IMG/VR virus record: IMGVR_UViG_2675903434_000005
Direction: 5' to 3' (one strand)
Length of the DNA: 12,547 bases
Source: a virus
Taxonomy: Duplodnaviria; Heunggongvirae; Uroviricota; Caudoviricetes
Shown one piece after another: positions 1-7,428 of the stretch. The translations under genes were made by a program, and so were the position numbers. The notes below the pieces were generated by a model. That model was not told where the DNA came from. It was given only the letters and a program-made list of their open reading frames with translations, and did not search any database. Every line of letters starts with the position of its first letter. Position 1 is the first letter of the stretch.

Positions 1-1
1 A

Positions 2-1282
2 TTAATTTTTCATTGCTTCGTTATGGGGCATGGTTGGGGCAAACTCGCTTAACTGTGTATTTAACAAAGCTACCTGTGCATTATTGTTTTCAGACATCCA
101 TTTTCCGTATACCTGAAATACCATTTGCGCATCTGCATGGCCCATCTGGTTTGCTATAAATGCCGGGTTAGCACCAGCTGTCAGCGACCAGCAGGCATAA
201 GTATGTCTCGACTGATATGATTTTCGATGGCGGAGTCCGGCACGTTTTATCGCTGCGTCCCACATCTGCCTTATTGAGTCAACGGTAAAATGGTCACCAT
301 AATTTTTTACTCTCGCTGACACTTCAGGTTGAAAAACAAAGGTGCATTTATGTTTTTCTGTTCTGCCATACTCTCTGAGGTGAACATCAATGATATGCTC
401 TTTGCTCAGTCTCGTTAATGTCATCTGACTCCGGAGAGCGTCGATTGCTGGCTTAATAAGATGAATGACCCGATTGGTTCCCGCCTGTGTTTTTGGTACC
501 GTGAAACGGTCTTTTGCTAAATTTCTCCTGATCATCATTGTTCCATTTTTCAGATCTATGTCCTCCCATCCAAGTGCACACAGCTCACCAGGGCGAACGC
601 CAGTATAAACAGAAACACACCATAAATTTTTGGCTTGCTGATTTCTGCACGCATCGATAAGACGGATGAATTCCTCCCGCGAAAGAGGATCCGGAATGGT
701 TCTTGATTCCTTTAATGGCGAGATCCCCTTAAACGGGTTATCTGCCAGGTAACCGTTATCAACACCAAACTGGAACACGGCGTTAAGATTTGTCATGTAA
801 TTATTTACAGTTACAGCCGATCTCCCTGGTTGTGTAACAATATAGTTACTTTTGGGGATCTGGTATCCAGTCAGTAGCTCTTTACGAACCTCCAGTAATT
901 TTTCTTTATTAATCGATGAGGCAAGATTTTTTTCACCGATTATGCTCAGGATATTTTTGATGACGGCACGGTATGTGTTGAGTGATGTTTTTGCGACTTC
1001 AGTTTCTTTCAGTGCCAGAAATTTTTCAGCCAGTTCTTTTATGGTTAAATCTTGTCGGGTCTCACCAAATTTTTCCAGATTGCGTGAGGAGGGAAACTGT
1101 TTTGCATAGTCGAAAACACCAGTTTTTATTGCGTAACAAACAGAGGCGCGTAGCTCACCTGCAGCGCGCCTGTTTTTTGCTGTGTCAGGAACCCCCAGGT
1201 TTTCCCTGACTCTTACGCCTTTATAAACAAACCAGATACGTAATTTCCCTCCATGGTTTTCCACGCCTGTCGGATATTTCAT
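2..1282 (-). CDS. Phage tyrosine integrase (site-specific recombinase); stop codon at bases 2-4
   Basis: ORF track 2..1297 (431 aa). C-terminus carries tyrosine-recombinase catalytic residues (HTYACW...GH...Y) and the N-terminus (MKYPTGVE..GK.RIWF) resembles lambdoid prophage integrases from memory. Start chosen at ATG 1282 (MKYPTGV), which has a weak AGAG Shine-Dalgarno; the upstream ATG at 1297 has none. Last gene of the leftward operon, as in lambda int. Confidence 0.85.
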   Translation of the reverse strand: MKYPTGVENHGGKLRIWFVYKGVRVRENLGVPDTAKNRRAAGELRASVCYAIKTGVFDYAKQFPSSRNLEKFGETRQDLTIKELAEKFLALKETEVAKTSLNTYRAVIKNILSIIGEKNLASSINKEKLLEVRKELLTGYQIPKSNYIVTQPGRSAVTVNNYMTNLNAVFQFGVDNGYLADNPFKGISPLKESRTIPDPLSREEFIRLIDACRNQQAKNLWCVSVYTGVRPGELCALGWEDIDLKNGTMMIRRNLAKDRFTVPKTQAGTNRVIHLIKPAIDALRSQMTLTRLSKEHIIDVHLREYGRTEKHKCTFVFQPEVSARVKNYGDHFTVDSIRQMWDAAIKRAGLRHRKSYQSRHTYACWSLTAGANPAFIANQMGHADAQMVFQVYGKWMSENNNAQVALLNTQLSEFAPTMPHNEAMKN

Positions 1283-1316
1283 TTCAATTTCTCTCATTAG
1301 TTAGTGTGGCTTTTAG

Positions 1317-1568
1317 TCAAGTAAGATGACGTCTTGGTCTTGCTGATGCCTGGCGCTCAATCCAGCGATCAATTTCTTCCAGGTTGTAAAAGCATGGACT
1401 GTTATCCCATGGCATACCGTCATGAGCGACATGCTTATATTCCCTTCCTTCCATAAACGATTTTTCCCGGGCCTTTTTTAACGTACCTTTTTTTATTCCT
1501 TTCAGCGCAATTAACTGCTCTTCGGATACCCATTTGCCGGGAGAGACAATCATGATTACTTCGCTCAT
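1317..1568 (-). CDS. Excisionase-like small DNA-binding protein (Xis)
   Basis: 83-aa ORF immediately upstream of int on the same strand, 19 bp from the int start; size and position are typical of a lambdoid xis. Identity is by position, not by a recognised motif. Confidence 0.6.
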   Translation of the reverse strand: MSEVIMIVSPGKWVSEEQLIALKGIKKGTLKKAREKSFMEGREYKHVAHDGMPWDNSPCFYNLEEIDRWIERQASARPRRHLT

Positions 1569-1640
1569 CGATTTCTTTATCTCTTACATCAGACGAGCGC
1601 CGGTTGCAGAATACCAGTCACAACCGGCGACAGTTGAACA

Positions 1641-4112
1641 TTAAGAATCAGCCTGACTCGGGATCAGTTTTTGCCAGATAACTGAAACGTATTTTGCCTG
1701 GTAACGGGCGTCATCAAGTGCATTATGGCGCTCACCTTCGAATGGAATAGCCGTTCTGGCATCGAAGTCTATGGCTTTCCCCAGCTCAACGATTGTGCGT
1801 ACATCGCGATCGTTGTAGTAACGCCACGGGCAGGGGATCCCCTGCCGTTCGTATGAACGGCGCAAAATCGTGTTGTCGAAGTTGGCTCCATTTCCCCAGA
1901 CCTGAACAAAAAATTCACCGGAGTTTTCGTCGATAAATTCCCACAATTGTAACAGTGCATCATCTAACGGGATTTCATCGGTCATAATGGCAGATTGCGC
2001 TTCGCGTGATTGCTTAAGCCACCATTTAATGGTGTCCCGATCAATGACTCCGCCAGCAGTTTCCAGATCGATAGTCTTACTAAATTCCGGTCCCATATCT
2101 CCGGTTTGCGGATCGAAAAATATTGCACCTATTGAGATGATCGGGGCATCAGGATTTTTTCCCATGGTTTCAAGGTCGATCATTAGATGGTCACACGTCC
2201 TGCTGGTGGATGTGATTTCTTGATGACCGTTCACCTTAATTGAGTGATCTGCCGTCTCGCCAGTTTCATTATCGCTATCGTGATGCTGATTGCCGCCAGT
2301 GTTCTCCTTGTGTGGATGTTCAGCGCCTTCCATTTCCTCCGGATCATCTTCCTGAACTTCAATCTGATACTCTTCATCGAATGTTTCCTGGTATGTTGCG
2401 TCGCCCATTACCGCGCCACAATCAGGGCAGTTGCCGCCGCCGGTCTGACCGCAGGCGGTGCAGACTTTTTCCACTTCCTGTTGCGCCACTGATTCAGGCT
2501 GTTTCGTTTCTGGCTCGTTTTGTAACGCATTTGGGCTGTTTTGTTCCGCTTTTTGGTAGTTCCGTTCCGATTCATGCTGGTTCTGGTTCACAGAATCGCG
2601 GGTCTGGATCCCCTTAACCCATTTCGGATCATTCGGGTCACTAATCCCTTCAACAAATTCACCACGTGATGCAGCAAGCAACTTATCGGCGTCAGGCTGG
2701 ATGATATTGGCTGCCTGCATAATTTTGTTTACTTCGTCAGCGGTAACTTTTATCGGCTCTGGTTGTTCTGAATCTTCAGCGGTATCTACATTTTGCGGTA
2801 AGCCCGTGTATGTGCCATTTTTTCGGGCAAAATATTCTTCTTTTGTGATTTCAGTGGCGCCAGCAGCCAGTGCCTTATCCAGACCAGAAAGTTTGTTTGC
2901 GCGACCGTATTTTTCTCCGTCCTTATCTGCGAAGAGGAAATAGAACGGCCCCTCACGCTCTACAGATGGTTCAGCTTCCGGCGCGGTTTCATTTTTTGGG
3001 ATATCAGATACCTCAGTTTCCACTGCATCAGTTTGTGTTTCTGATGACTGGAGAACATCAACAGTGCCCAGGTCTGTTTCTTCATTCTCAAACACGCCCT
3101 TTGTCGTCAGGTATTCGCAGATATATTTGTTCAGTGCTACGGGATCTTTGTGAATGTCGATCGGACGCTCACGGACAAGGCCAAAAATAGTTTGGCGGTC
3201 GTAGCGAAGGGCATCAGGCTGTTTGCGCATTGATGCCGAGATACGCTTCCAGTCTTCGCGGTCGTTGTCGATAACTTCATTTTTTGCCCAGCGATGGATG
3301 CTGCCGTCAATGTTTCCGGCATCCACATCACCAGGCCAGAGAGCGTAGGCCAGTTCGTCATCCAGTGTTTTCCATGTCTGCTTGTATTCGCGATGAATGG
3401 CAGCAATGACCGGGCTGATTTTTCCTGTTGAATTTTCAGTGTACTGTTGATTGGCTCTGGCGCGGGCGAGATCAACAACAGACGTGTATTTTCCGGTTTC
3501 CTTGCGTTCACCTTCGCGACGTTTTTTCCAGATGCGCATCTCTGCCTGAATTTCGGGCCATTTAGCACCAGGAATACATTTATGCTTAACCCACCCAATG
3601 GCGTGCAACTTAAGCTCCGGATACATGGCGTTAACTTCTGGCATTTTCATCAACGCTTCAACGATATGTCCGTCGAATGTTGCCATGTCTTCCTGCAACA
3701 ATTCCTGTGCGCTAATAACCATATCAACGGTGATGTTTTCACATGTGTCGAACTTAACCATGACAGCGTTCTGTACTTCAGGGGCCAGCTTGTCAAAAGT
3801 GACGTTCATCGGATCGGATTCAGTCTCAACCGGGACAAAAGAAGCAGACTCCTCATCCCAGCGGTTTTCCTGCATATATTCAGCATCCCATGAATCGAGG
3901 GCAGGGCGGGGTATGCCAGGTTTATCCTCGCAGACAATAAATTTATAAGCGCAGTCCTGAGCAGCCGGATAATGTTCCAGGAATTGCCAGTGAAATTTTG
4001 CTCGAGCACGGCGTTCGTCGCCAGCTTCAATGGCTGTGGCTACAGCCACAGCGCCTTCTTCCCTTGTTGCCAGTTCGTCAGGAATAGCGGCGCAAATAAA
4101 GACTTTACTCAT
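1641..4112 (-). CDS. Exonuclease, intact YdfE-like: RecE-like N-terminal region, central CxxC-x7-CxxC zinc ribbon, C-terminal DEDDh 3'-5' exonuclease domain
   Basis: ORF track 1641..4148. Start set at ATG 4112 (MSKVFICAA), which has a GAGG Shine-Dalgarno about 10 nt upstream. C-terminal ~190 aa show DEDDh motifs: MIDLETMG (Exo I), WGNGANFD (Exo II), HNALDDARY (Exo III). The middle holds CTACGQTGGGNCPDCG and Asp/Glu-rich linkers. Occupies the position of ydfE in the Qin gene order. Confidence 0.8.
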   Translation of the reverse strand: MSKVFICAAIPDELATREEGAVAVATAIEAGDERRARAKFHWQFLEHYPAAQDCAYKFIVCEDKPGIPRPALDSWDAEYMQENRWDEESASFVPVETESDPMNVTFDKLAPEVQNAVMVKFDTCENITVDMVISAQELLQEDMATFDGHIVEALMKMPEVNAMYPELKLHAIGWVKHKCIPGAKWPEIQAEMRIWKKRREGERKETGKYTSVVDLARARANQQYTENSTGKISPVIAAIHREYKQTWKTLDDELAYALWPGDVDAGNIDGSIHRWAKNEVIDNDREDWKRISASMRKQPDALRYDRQTIFGLVRERPIDIHKDPVALNKYICEYLTTKGVFENEETDLGTVDVLQSSETQTDAVETEVSDIPKNETAPEAEPSVEREGPFYFLFADKDGEKYGRANKLSGLDKALAAGATEITKEEYFARKNGTYTGLPQNVDTAEDSEQPEPIKVTADEVNKIMQAANIIQPDADKLLAASRGEFVEGISDPNDPKWVKGIQTRDSVNQNQHESERNYQKAEQNSPNALQNEPETKQPESVAQQEVEKVCTACGQTGGGNCPDCGAVMGDATYQETFDEEYQIEVQEDDPEEMEGAEHPHKENTGGNQHHDSDNETGETADHSIKVNGHQEITSTSRTCDHLMIDLETMGKNPDAPIISIGAIFFDPQTGDMGPEFSKTIDLETAGGVIDRDTIKWWLKQSREAQSAIMTDEIPLDDALLQLWEFIDENSGEFFVQVWGNGANFDNTILRRSYERQGIPCPWRYYNDRDVRTIVELGKAIDFDARTAIPFEGERHNALDDARYQAKYVSVIWQKLIPSQADS

Positions 4113-4204
4113 TTGTTTTAACCTCATGACAGATTTAAGGATGAACAAATCCCTGCCATTGCTGGCATATAAGAATGAAACCGGATATTTATTACGGAAC
4201 TGTT

Positions 4205-4396
4205 TTAAAGACCTGCCGGGATTTCGATATTATCCTGGTGAATAACTTTATCGACCGGGTAACAGTTACCGGGAATTTTCTGTTCGGTTGCTGCAGTCAT
4301 ACACTCCTGCATTGTCCTGTGAACACTGACTGCAATATCAACTGGCTCTCCGGAAACAAGAAAAACTGTCAGAACAAGCACAAATGCTGAATTCAT
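4205..4396 (-). CDS. ydfD: YdfD-like small protein with N-terminal hydrophobic segment (63 aa)
   Basis: ATG at 4396 forms an ATGA overlap with the upstream stop, and an AGGA Shine-Dalgarno sits 8 nt upstream. N-terminus MNSAFVLVLTVFLVSG is a predicted transmembrane or signal segment. The 63-aa length and position directly downstream of dicB match Qin ydfD; assignment is by synteny and length. Confidence 0.6.
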   Translation of the reverse strand: MNSAFVLVLTVFLVSGEPVDIAVSVHRTMQECMTAATEQKIPGNCYPVDKVIHQDNIEIPAGL

Positions 4397-4581
4397 TGTG
4401 CACATCCTTTTGGCATCAGACGTAAACGAGCCAGCATTGAAACAATGCATATTTTATTTAATAGCTCCCGTTCTTGTTTTCTCTTGTTAATGGCATCTTC
4501 AGTAAATACTGGGTTACTGATAGTGACACCAATTTCAAAACAACCTTCAGACGTATTAACGTTTGGTAATAACGTTTTCAT
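4393..4581 (-). CDS. dicB: DicB-like cell-division inhibitor (62 aa)
   Basis: ATG at 4581 is preceded by a GAGGA Shine-Dalgarno at 7-nt spacing. It is 62 aa and sits directly downstream of the DicF sequence on the same strand, as in the Qin dicB operon. Confidence 0.7.
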   Translation of the reverse strand: MKTLLPNVNTSEGCFEIGVTISNPVFTEDAINKRKQERELLNKICIVSMLARLRLMPKGCAQ

Positions 4582-4750
4582 TATCGCGTCCTCAACAATG
4601 AATTTTGTGATGCAGTGCCTGGTGCCTCCAGGTGACGTTAACCAGTTAACAATTAACGCCGGATACAGAGAATCCACCCATAACACTGTTTTTGGTTTTA
4701 ACTGTTCCGCGTGCGCTCAGCCGCATTCACCACATCACAAAATTCACTTT

Positions 4751-4808
4751 AAAAAGGGCGGCAGAGCAGTCACGGAGTAAAACTGATACCGCCAAACGTC
4801 ACCAGAAA
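4751..4808 (-). ncRNA. dicF: DicF small regulatory RNA (antisense regulator of ftsZ and other mRNAs)
   Basis: Minus-strand sequence TTTCTGGTGACGTTTGGCGGTATCAGTTTTACTCCGTGACTGCTCTGCCGCCCTTTTT matches the E. coli DicF sequence as I recall it, including the 3' U-tract terminator. It lies between the ydfC-like gene and dicB, as in Qin. Confidence 0.7.
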
Positions 4809-5148
4809 ATTGATAACAGAGGGCGTTGCAGCGGGGTTGTCACTTAAGCGTATGGTCAACCTGACAACCCGGTGTCCTCAACGGGGAAGAAATAACCCCG
4901 CCATACTTACCGCCGCACCATTTCGCGGGTTGCCACAACCGGAAGCGCACGGTCGACGAAAATTTAACGACAGGCTATCTATGAACCAGCTACCTCGCCG
5001 TGCGCTTTCGCGTTATGGTCTGACTTTTCAGGGAAATATCCTTTCAGTAAACTGTCAGTGCCGGATGCTCACCCGTGTCCGGCGCACGCACTCCACCTCA
5101 CCCGTGGAGAACTCCTTAATTACCAACCTTAGCTTCGTTGGTTAGCTA

Positions 5149-5367
5149 TTAACGCGGGTATGTAATCATTCTGGCAATGCTTAATGCCGCTGCTTTTTCC
5201 AGATTGGTGATATCCTGCTCCAGAGCGGACAGATTTTCAGCCTGCTTAGCCCTGGCTTCATTGGCCCATTTCAGATCCTGCGCTGCATTAATTTTCTGGC
5301 GCATCCACTCATAAAGTTCATCATCGGTATAGTCTGGCGCGATGATGACGGGTTCTCGTTTCTGCAT
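5149..5367 (-). CDS. ydfC: YdfC-like small protein (72 aa)
   Basis: ORF track 5149..5367. GAGGAA Shine-Dalgarno about 6 nt upstream of the ATG. The 72-aa length and position upstream of dicF match Qin ydfC. Confidence 0.6.
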   Translation of the reverse strand: MQKREPVIIAPDYTDDELYEWMRQKINAAQDLKWANEARAKQAENLSALEQDITNLEKAAALSIARMITYPR

Positions 5368-5396
5368 ACTGATTCCTCGCGGTGCTGTTTCGCTTA

Positions 5397-5525
5397 TCAG
5401 CCGTTAGATTTTGCCGAACTGGAAAGCGCCTGTTTAAATTCGTTGAAGCTGTGAGCTTCTTCGCCTTCGGCAAGGCCTTCGAAGTATTCTTCGTAAGCCT
5501 TTTCCATGATTGTGTCAAAATCCAT
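5397..5525 (-). CDS. ydfB: YdfB-like small protein (42 aa), not in the ORF track because it is under 60 aa
   Basis: Translated by hand: MDFDTIMEKAYEEYFEGLAEGEEAHSFNEFKQALSSSAKSNG. AGGTGA Shine-Dalgarno upstream; its ATG lies 1 nt after the stop of the upstream gene (TGATATG). Length and position match Qin ydfB. Confidence 0.55.
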   Translation of the reverse strand: MDFDTIMEKAYEEYFEGLAEGEEAHSFNEFKQALSSSAKSNG

Positions 5526-5526
5526 A

Positions 5527-5682
5527 TCACTCACCTGAGTTTCTTTCCAGCCAGCGACGGGCACCATTTTCGGTTTTAAACGTTTTGCTTTTGGTATACG
5601 TCATTGCGGTGAAGGTGCCGTCCTGGTTTGGAAACACGCCGTACACCAGAGATTCGTTGTTGCCAAGATCGATAGTATCCAT
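5527..5682 (-). CDS. ydfA: YdfA/YdaF-like (DUF1391-type) small protein (51 aa)
   Basis: Part of ORF 5527..5763. Start chosen at ATG 5682 (MDTIDLGNNESLVYGVF...), which has a GAGG Shine-Dalgarno 5 nt upstream, giving exactly 51 aa; the longer 78-aa form has no ribosome-binding site. First gene of the leftward small-gene operon. Confidence 0.6.
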   Translation of the reverse strand: MDTIDLGNNESLVYGVFPNQDGTFTAMTYTKSKTFKTENGARRWLERNSGE

Positions 5683-5861
5683 GCTGACCTCATTTCCCCT
5701 TAACGCCGGGGTAGCGGAACAAAAACCTGCTGCATAGTTATTAAAGTTGAACCCTGCCGTCATGTTCTTACGCCTCGGGCTGGCTACTTAACCCCTGACC
5801 ACTGCCTGGTAACTCGAAGTATTGCCCTGCATTCTGTAGGATGGGGTGAGGGAATGAATGA

Positions 5862-5910
5862 AGTTTAGAAAGACGAACTTTCCAGGTCAATGTTTTTTTA
5901 TCAAAACATT
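5862..5910 (-). promoter_or_regulatory. Candidate leftward early promoter (pL-like) with adjacent operator-like palindrome
   Basis: On the minus strand: TTGACC (-35, plus coordinates 5885-5890), 17-bp spacer, TAAACT (-10, 5862-5867), about 175 nt upstream of the ydfA-like start. Abutting the -35 is a perfect palindrome AATGTTTT-N6-AAAACATT (5889-5910) with the same TGTTTT/AAAACA half-sites found next to the repressor start codon. Confidence 0.4.
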
Positions 5911-5974
5911 TTAAGCAGGCAGCTGTTAAGCCATCACCACGATGGCATACAGTTAATCAAATAGATGAGGTTGG

Positions 5975-6613
5975 TTAAATATCTTGTTGAATTTTAAAGC
6001 ATACGCCCAATATGCAAGATAGATCATCCAGCATAATTGAAGGGTAGCGAGGATTCGTGGGGACTAAAAGAATATCCGGCCCTTCTATCTCCAGTTTACG
6101 AATGACAGGTGTTGTGGTCCCTTTGGGTAAGGCAAGGACAATATTTCCTGGTTGTACGGTTCGATCGGGATCAACAAAAACTGTTGAACCATTTGGGATG
6201 GAAACTCCCCCACCAGATGTTGACATACTGTCACTCTCTAGAACAACTGCAAAGGTATTGACCGGGATTTCTCCGACAAGCTGCACACAAGAGGTTATTG
6301 AGGAATTTTTCATATAATCACTCCAGCTTGCTGCCTGCTGAAGTGATAGTAGCGGAACCGTTTTTATCGGCGGTAAAGATAGATCAAGCGAATCACCTGT
6401 ATTTAACTCTCCTCCATTAAGAAGCCAATTTTCGTTTACTTTCAATATTTTTGCCAGTGAACTTATGTAACGCGAGGACGGCGCTCCTCCACCGTTCATC
6501 CATTGACTTACGGAGCCTTTTGATGCGCCAGTGCCATTGACAAGGTCTTTGCCTTTCAGGTTTAGCGCATGCATACGTTGGGTTATGCGTTCAGATATAG
6601 TTTGCTTGCTCAT
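5975..6613 (-). CDS. CI-like prophage repressor (N-terminal HTH, C-terminal S24 LexA-type autopeptidase domain)
   Basis: ORF track 5975..6613 (212 aa). C-terminal motifs align with lambda CI: LESDSM vs VEGNSM (Ser nucleophile), VFVDPDRTVQPGNIVLA vs ILVDPEQAVEPGDFCIA, IRKL vs FKKL (Lys), LVPTNPRYPSI vs LQPLNPQYPMI. N-terminus has an HTH (GASKGSVSQWMNG). Divergent from the Cro-like gene. Confidence 0.9.
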   Translation of the reverse strand: MSKQTISERITQRMHALNLKGKDLVNGTGASKGSVSQWMNGGGAPSSRYISSLAKILKVNENWLLNGGELNTGDSLDLSLPPIKTVPLLSLQQAASWSDYMKNSSITSCVQLVGEIPVNTFAVVLESDSMSTSGGGVSIPNGSTVFVDPDRTVQPGNIVLALPKGTTTPVIRKLEIEGPDILLVPTNPRYPSIMLDDLSCILGVCFKIQQDI

Positions 6614-6704
6614 GTTTTGATTTTAAAACACAGATGGTTTTGTTTCTTGACTTTCTTTGGTTTTGATTATTAAACTTTTGACGTTCAGTTTTATGGAGCG
6701 ACTC
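6613..6704. promoter_or_regulatory. Divergent switch region (OR-like): operator repeats, rightward promoter, leaderless leftward promoter
   Basis: Palindrome TGTTTT-N6-AAAACA at 6613-6630. GTTTTG starts at 6614, 6637 and 6660, exactly 23 bp apart. Rightward TTGACT (6647-6652), 18-bp spacer, TAAACT (6671-6676). Leftward TAAAAT -10 (6620-6625) ends 6 nt before the repressor ATG, implying a leaderless transcript as for lambda cI from PRM. Confidence 0.45.
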
Positions 6705-6935
6705 ATGAAAAAATCAGAAGTATTAGGCTATTTTGGCGGAGTTGTTAAAACAGCCGCAGCTCTAGGAACGTCAAAAACCACAGTCAGCATGTGGGGGGAA
6801 GAGGTTCCGTGGAAATGGGCGTTGCTAATTCAGGCAGTCACTGCCGGGGCGCTCAAATATGAGTTACACATACCGACGGTTGTCATTCCCGGTTCTGATC
6901 ATAATCCGCCTTCTAACCAAGGGGGGGATTCATGA
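6705..6935 (+). CDS. Cro-like HTH regulator of the YdaS family (77 aa)
   Basis: Part of ORF 6657..6935. Start chosen at ATG 6705 (MKKSEVLGYFGG...), with GGAG 6 nt upstream. HTH region VKTAAALGTSKTTVSMW. First rightward gene, divergent from the repressor. Confidence 0.75.
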   Translation: MKKSEVLGYFGGVVKTAAALGTSKTTVSMWGEEVPWKWALLIQAVTAGALKYELHIPTVVIPGSDHNPPSNQGGDS

Positions 6936-7357
6936 AAATCAAGCATGAACACATCCGCATGGCGATGAATGCCTGGGCGCATCCGGACGGCGAAAAAGTA
7001 CCGGCTGCGAAAATTACCAAAGCGTATTTCGAGCTGGGAATGACGTTCCCGGAACTGTATGACGACAGCCATCCGGAAGCCCTGGCTCGCAATACCCAGA
7101 AAATTTTCCGCTGGGTAGAGAAAGACACCCCTGATGCAGTTGAAAAAATTCAGGCGTTGTTACCAGCGATCGAAAAGGCAATGCCACCTTTGCTGGTGGC
7201 CAGAATGCGCAGCCACAGTTCAGCTTATTTTCGGGAGCTGGTGGAGACGCGGGAGCGACTGGTGAGAGACGCTGATGATTTTGTCGCAGTGGCAATCGCC
7301 GGTTTCAATCAGATGAACCGTGGTGGCCCGGCAGGAAATGCTGTGGCAGTACATTGA
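6932..7357 (+). CDS. ydaT: YdaT-like protein (reported functional analogue of lambda CII in cryptic prophages)
   Basis: ORF track 6932..7357 (141 aa). ATGA start/stop overlap with the upstream Cro-like gene. N-terminus MKIKHEHIRMAMN and the ~140-aa length match my recollection of Rac/CP-933P YdaT. Confidence 0.65.
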   Translation: MKIKHEHIRMAMNAWAHPDGEKVPAAKITKAYFELGMTFPELYDDSHPEALARNTQKIFRWVEKDTPDAVEKIQALLPAIEKAMPPLLVARMRSHSSAYFRELVETRERLVRDADDFVAVAIAGFNQMNRGGPAGNAVAVH

Positions 7358-7428
7358 CTGACAATAGCCATATCGAATCGCTTCCGGCAACTCGTGAGTA
7401 AAAAGATTCGGTATCAGAAGAGGTGAGT

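Noticed and set aside
852-1209. Plus-strand ORFs 852..1109 and 982..1209
   Set aside because: They lie entirely antisense within the integrase gene, have low-complexity composition and no ribosome-binding site; treated as chance ORFs.
1769-4030. Multiple ORFs on both strands inside the exonuclease gene (for example 1987..2223, 2240..2617, 3137..3598, 3447..3893)
   Set aside because: All overlap the 823-aa exonuclease in alternative frames or antisense; Cys/Arg/Ser-rich, with no ribosome-binding sites.
4445-5145. Plus-strand ORFs 4445..4780 and 4810..5145 (111 aa each)
   Set aside because: Antisense to dicB and DicF and to the operon spacer; Arg-rich with no ribosome-binding site. The region is better explained by the minus-strand operon and sRNA.
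5321-5737. ORFs 5321..5530 (-), 5382..5579 (+) and 5510..5737 (+)
   Set aside because: Alternative-frame overlaps of the ydfA/ydfB/ydfC-like genes, which have good ribosome-binding sites, tight coupling and matching lengths.
5527-5763. Longer 78-aa form of the ydfA-like ORF starting at ATG 5763
   Set aside because: No ribosome-binding site at the upstream ATG, whereas ATG 5682 has GAGG at optimal spacing and gives the 51-aa size.
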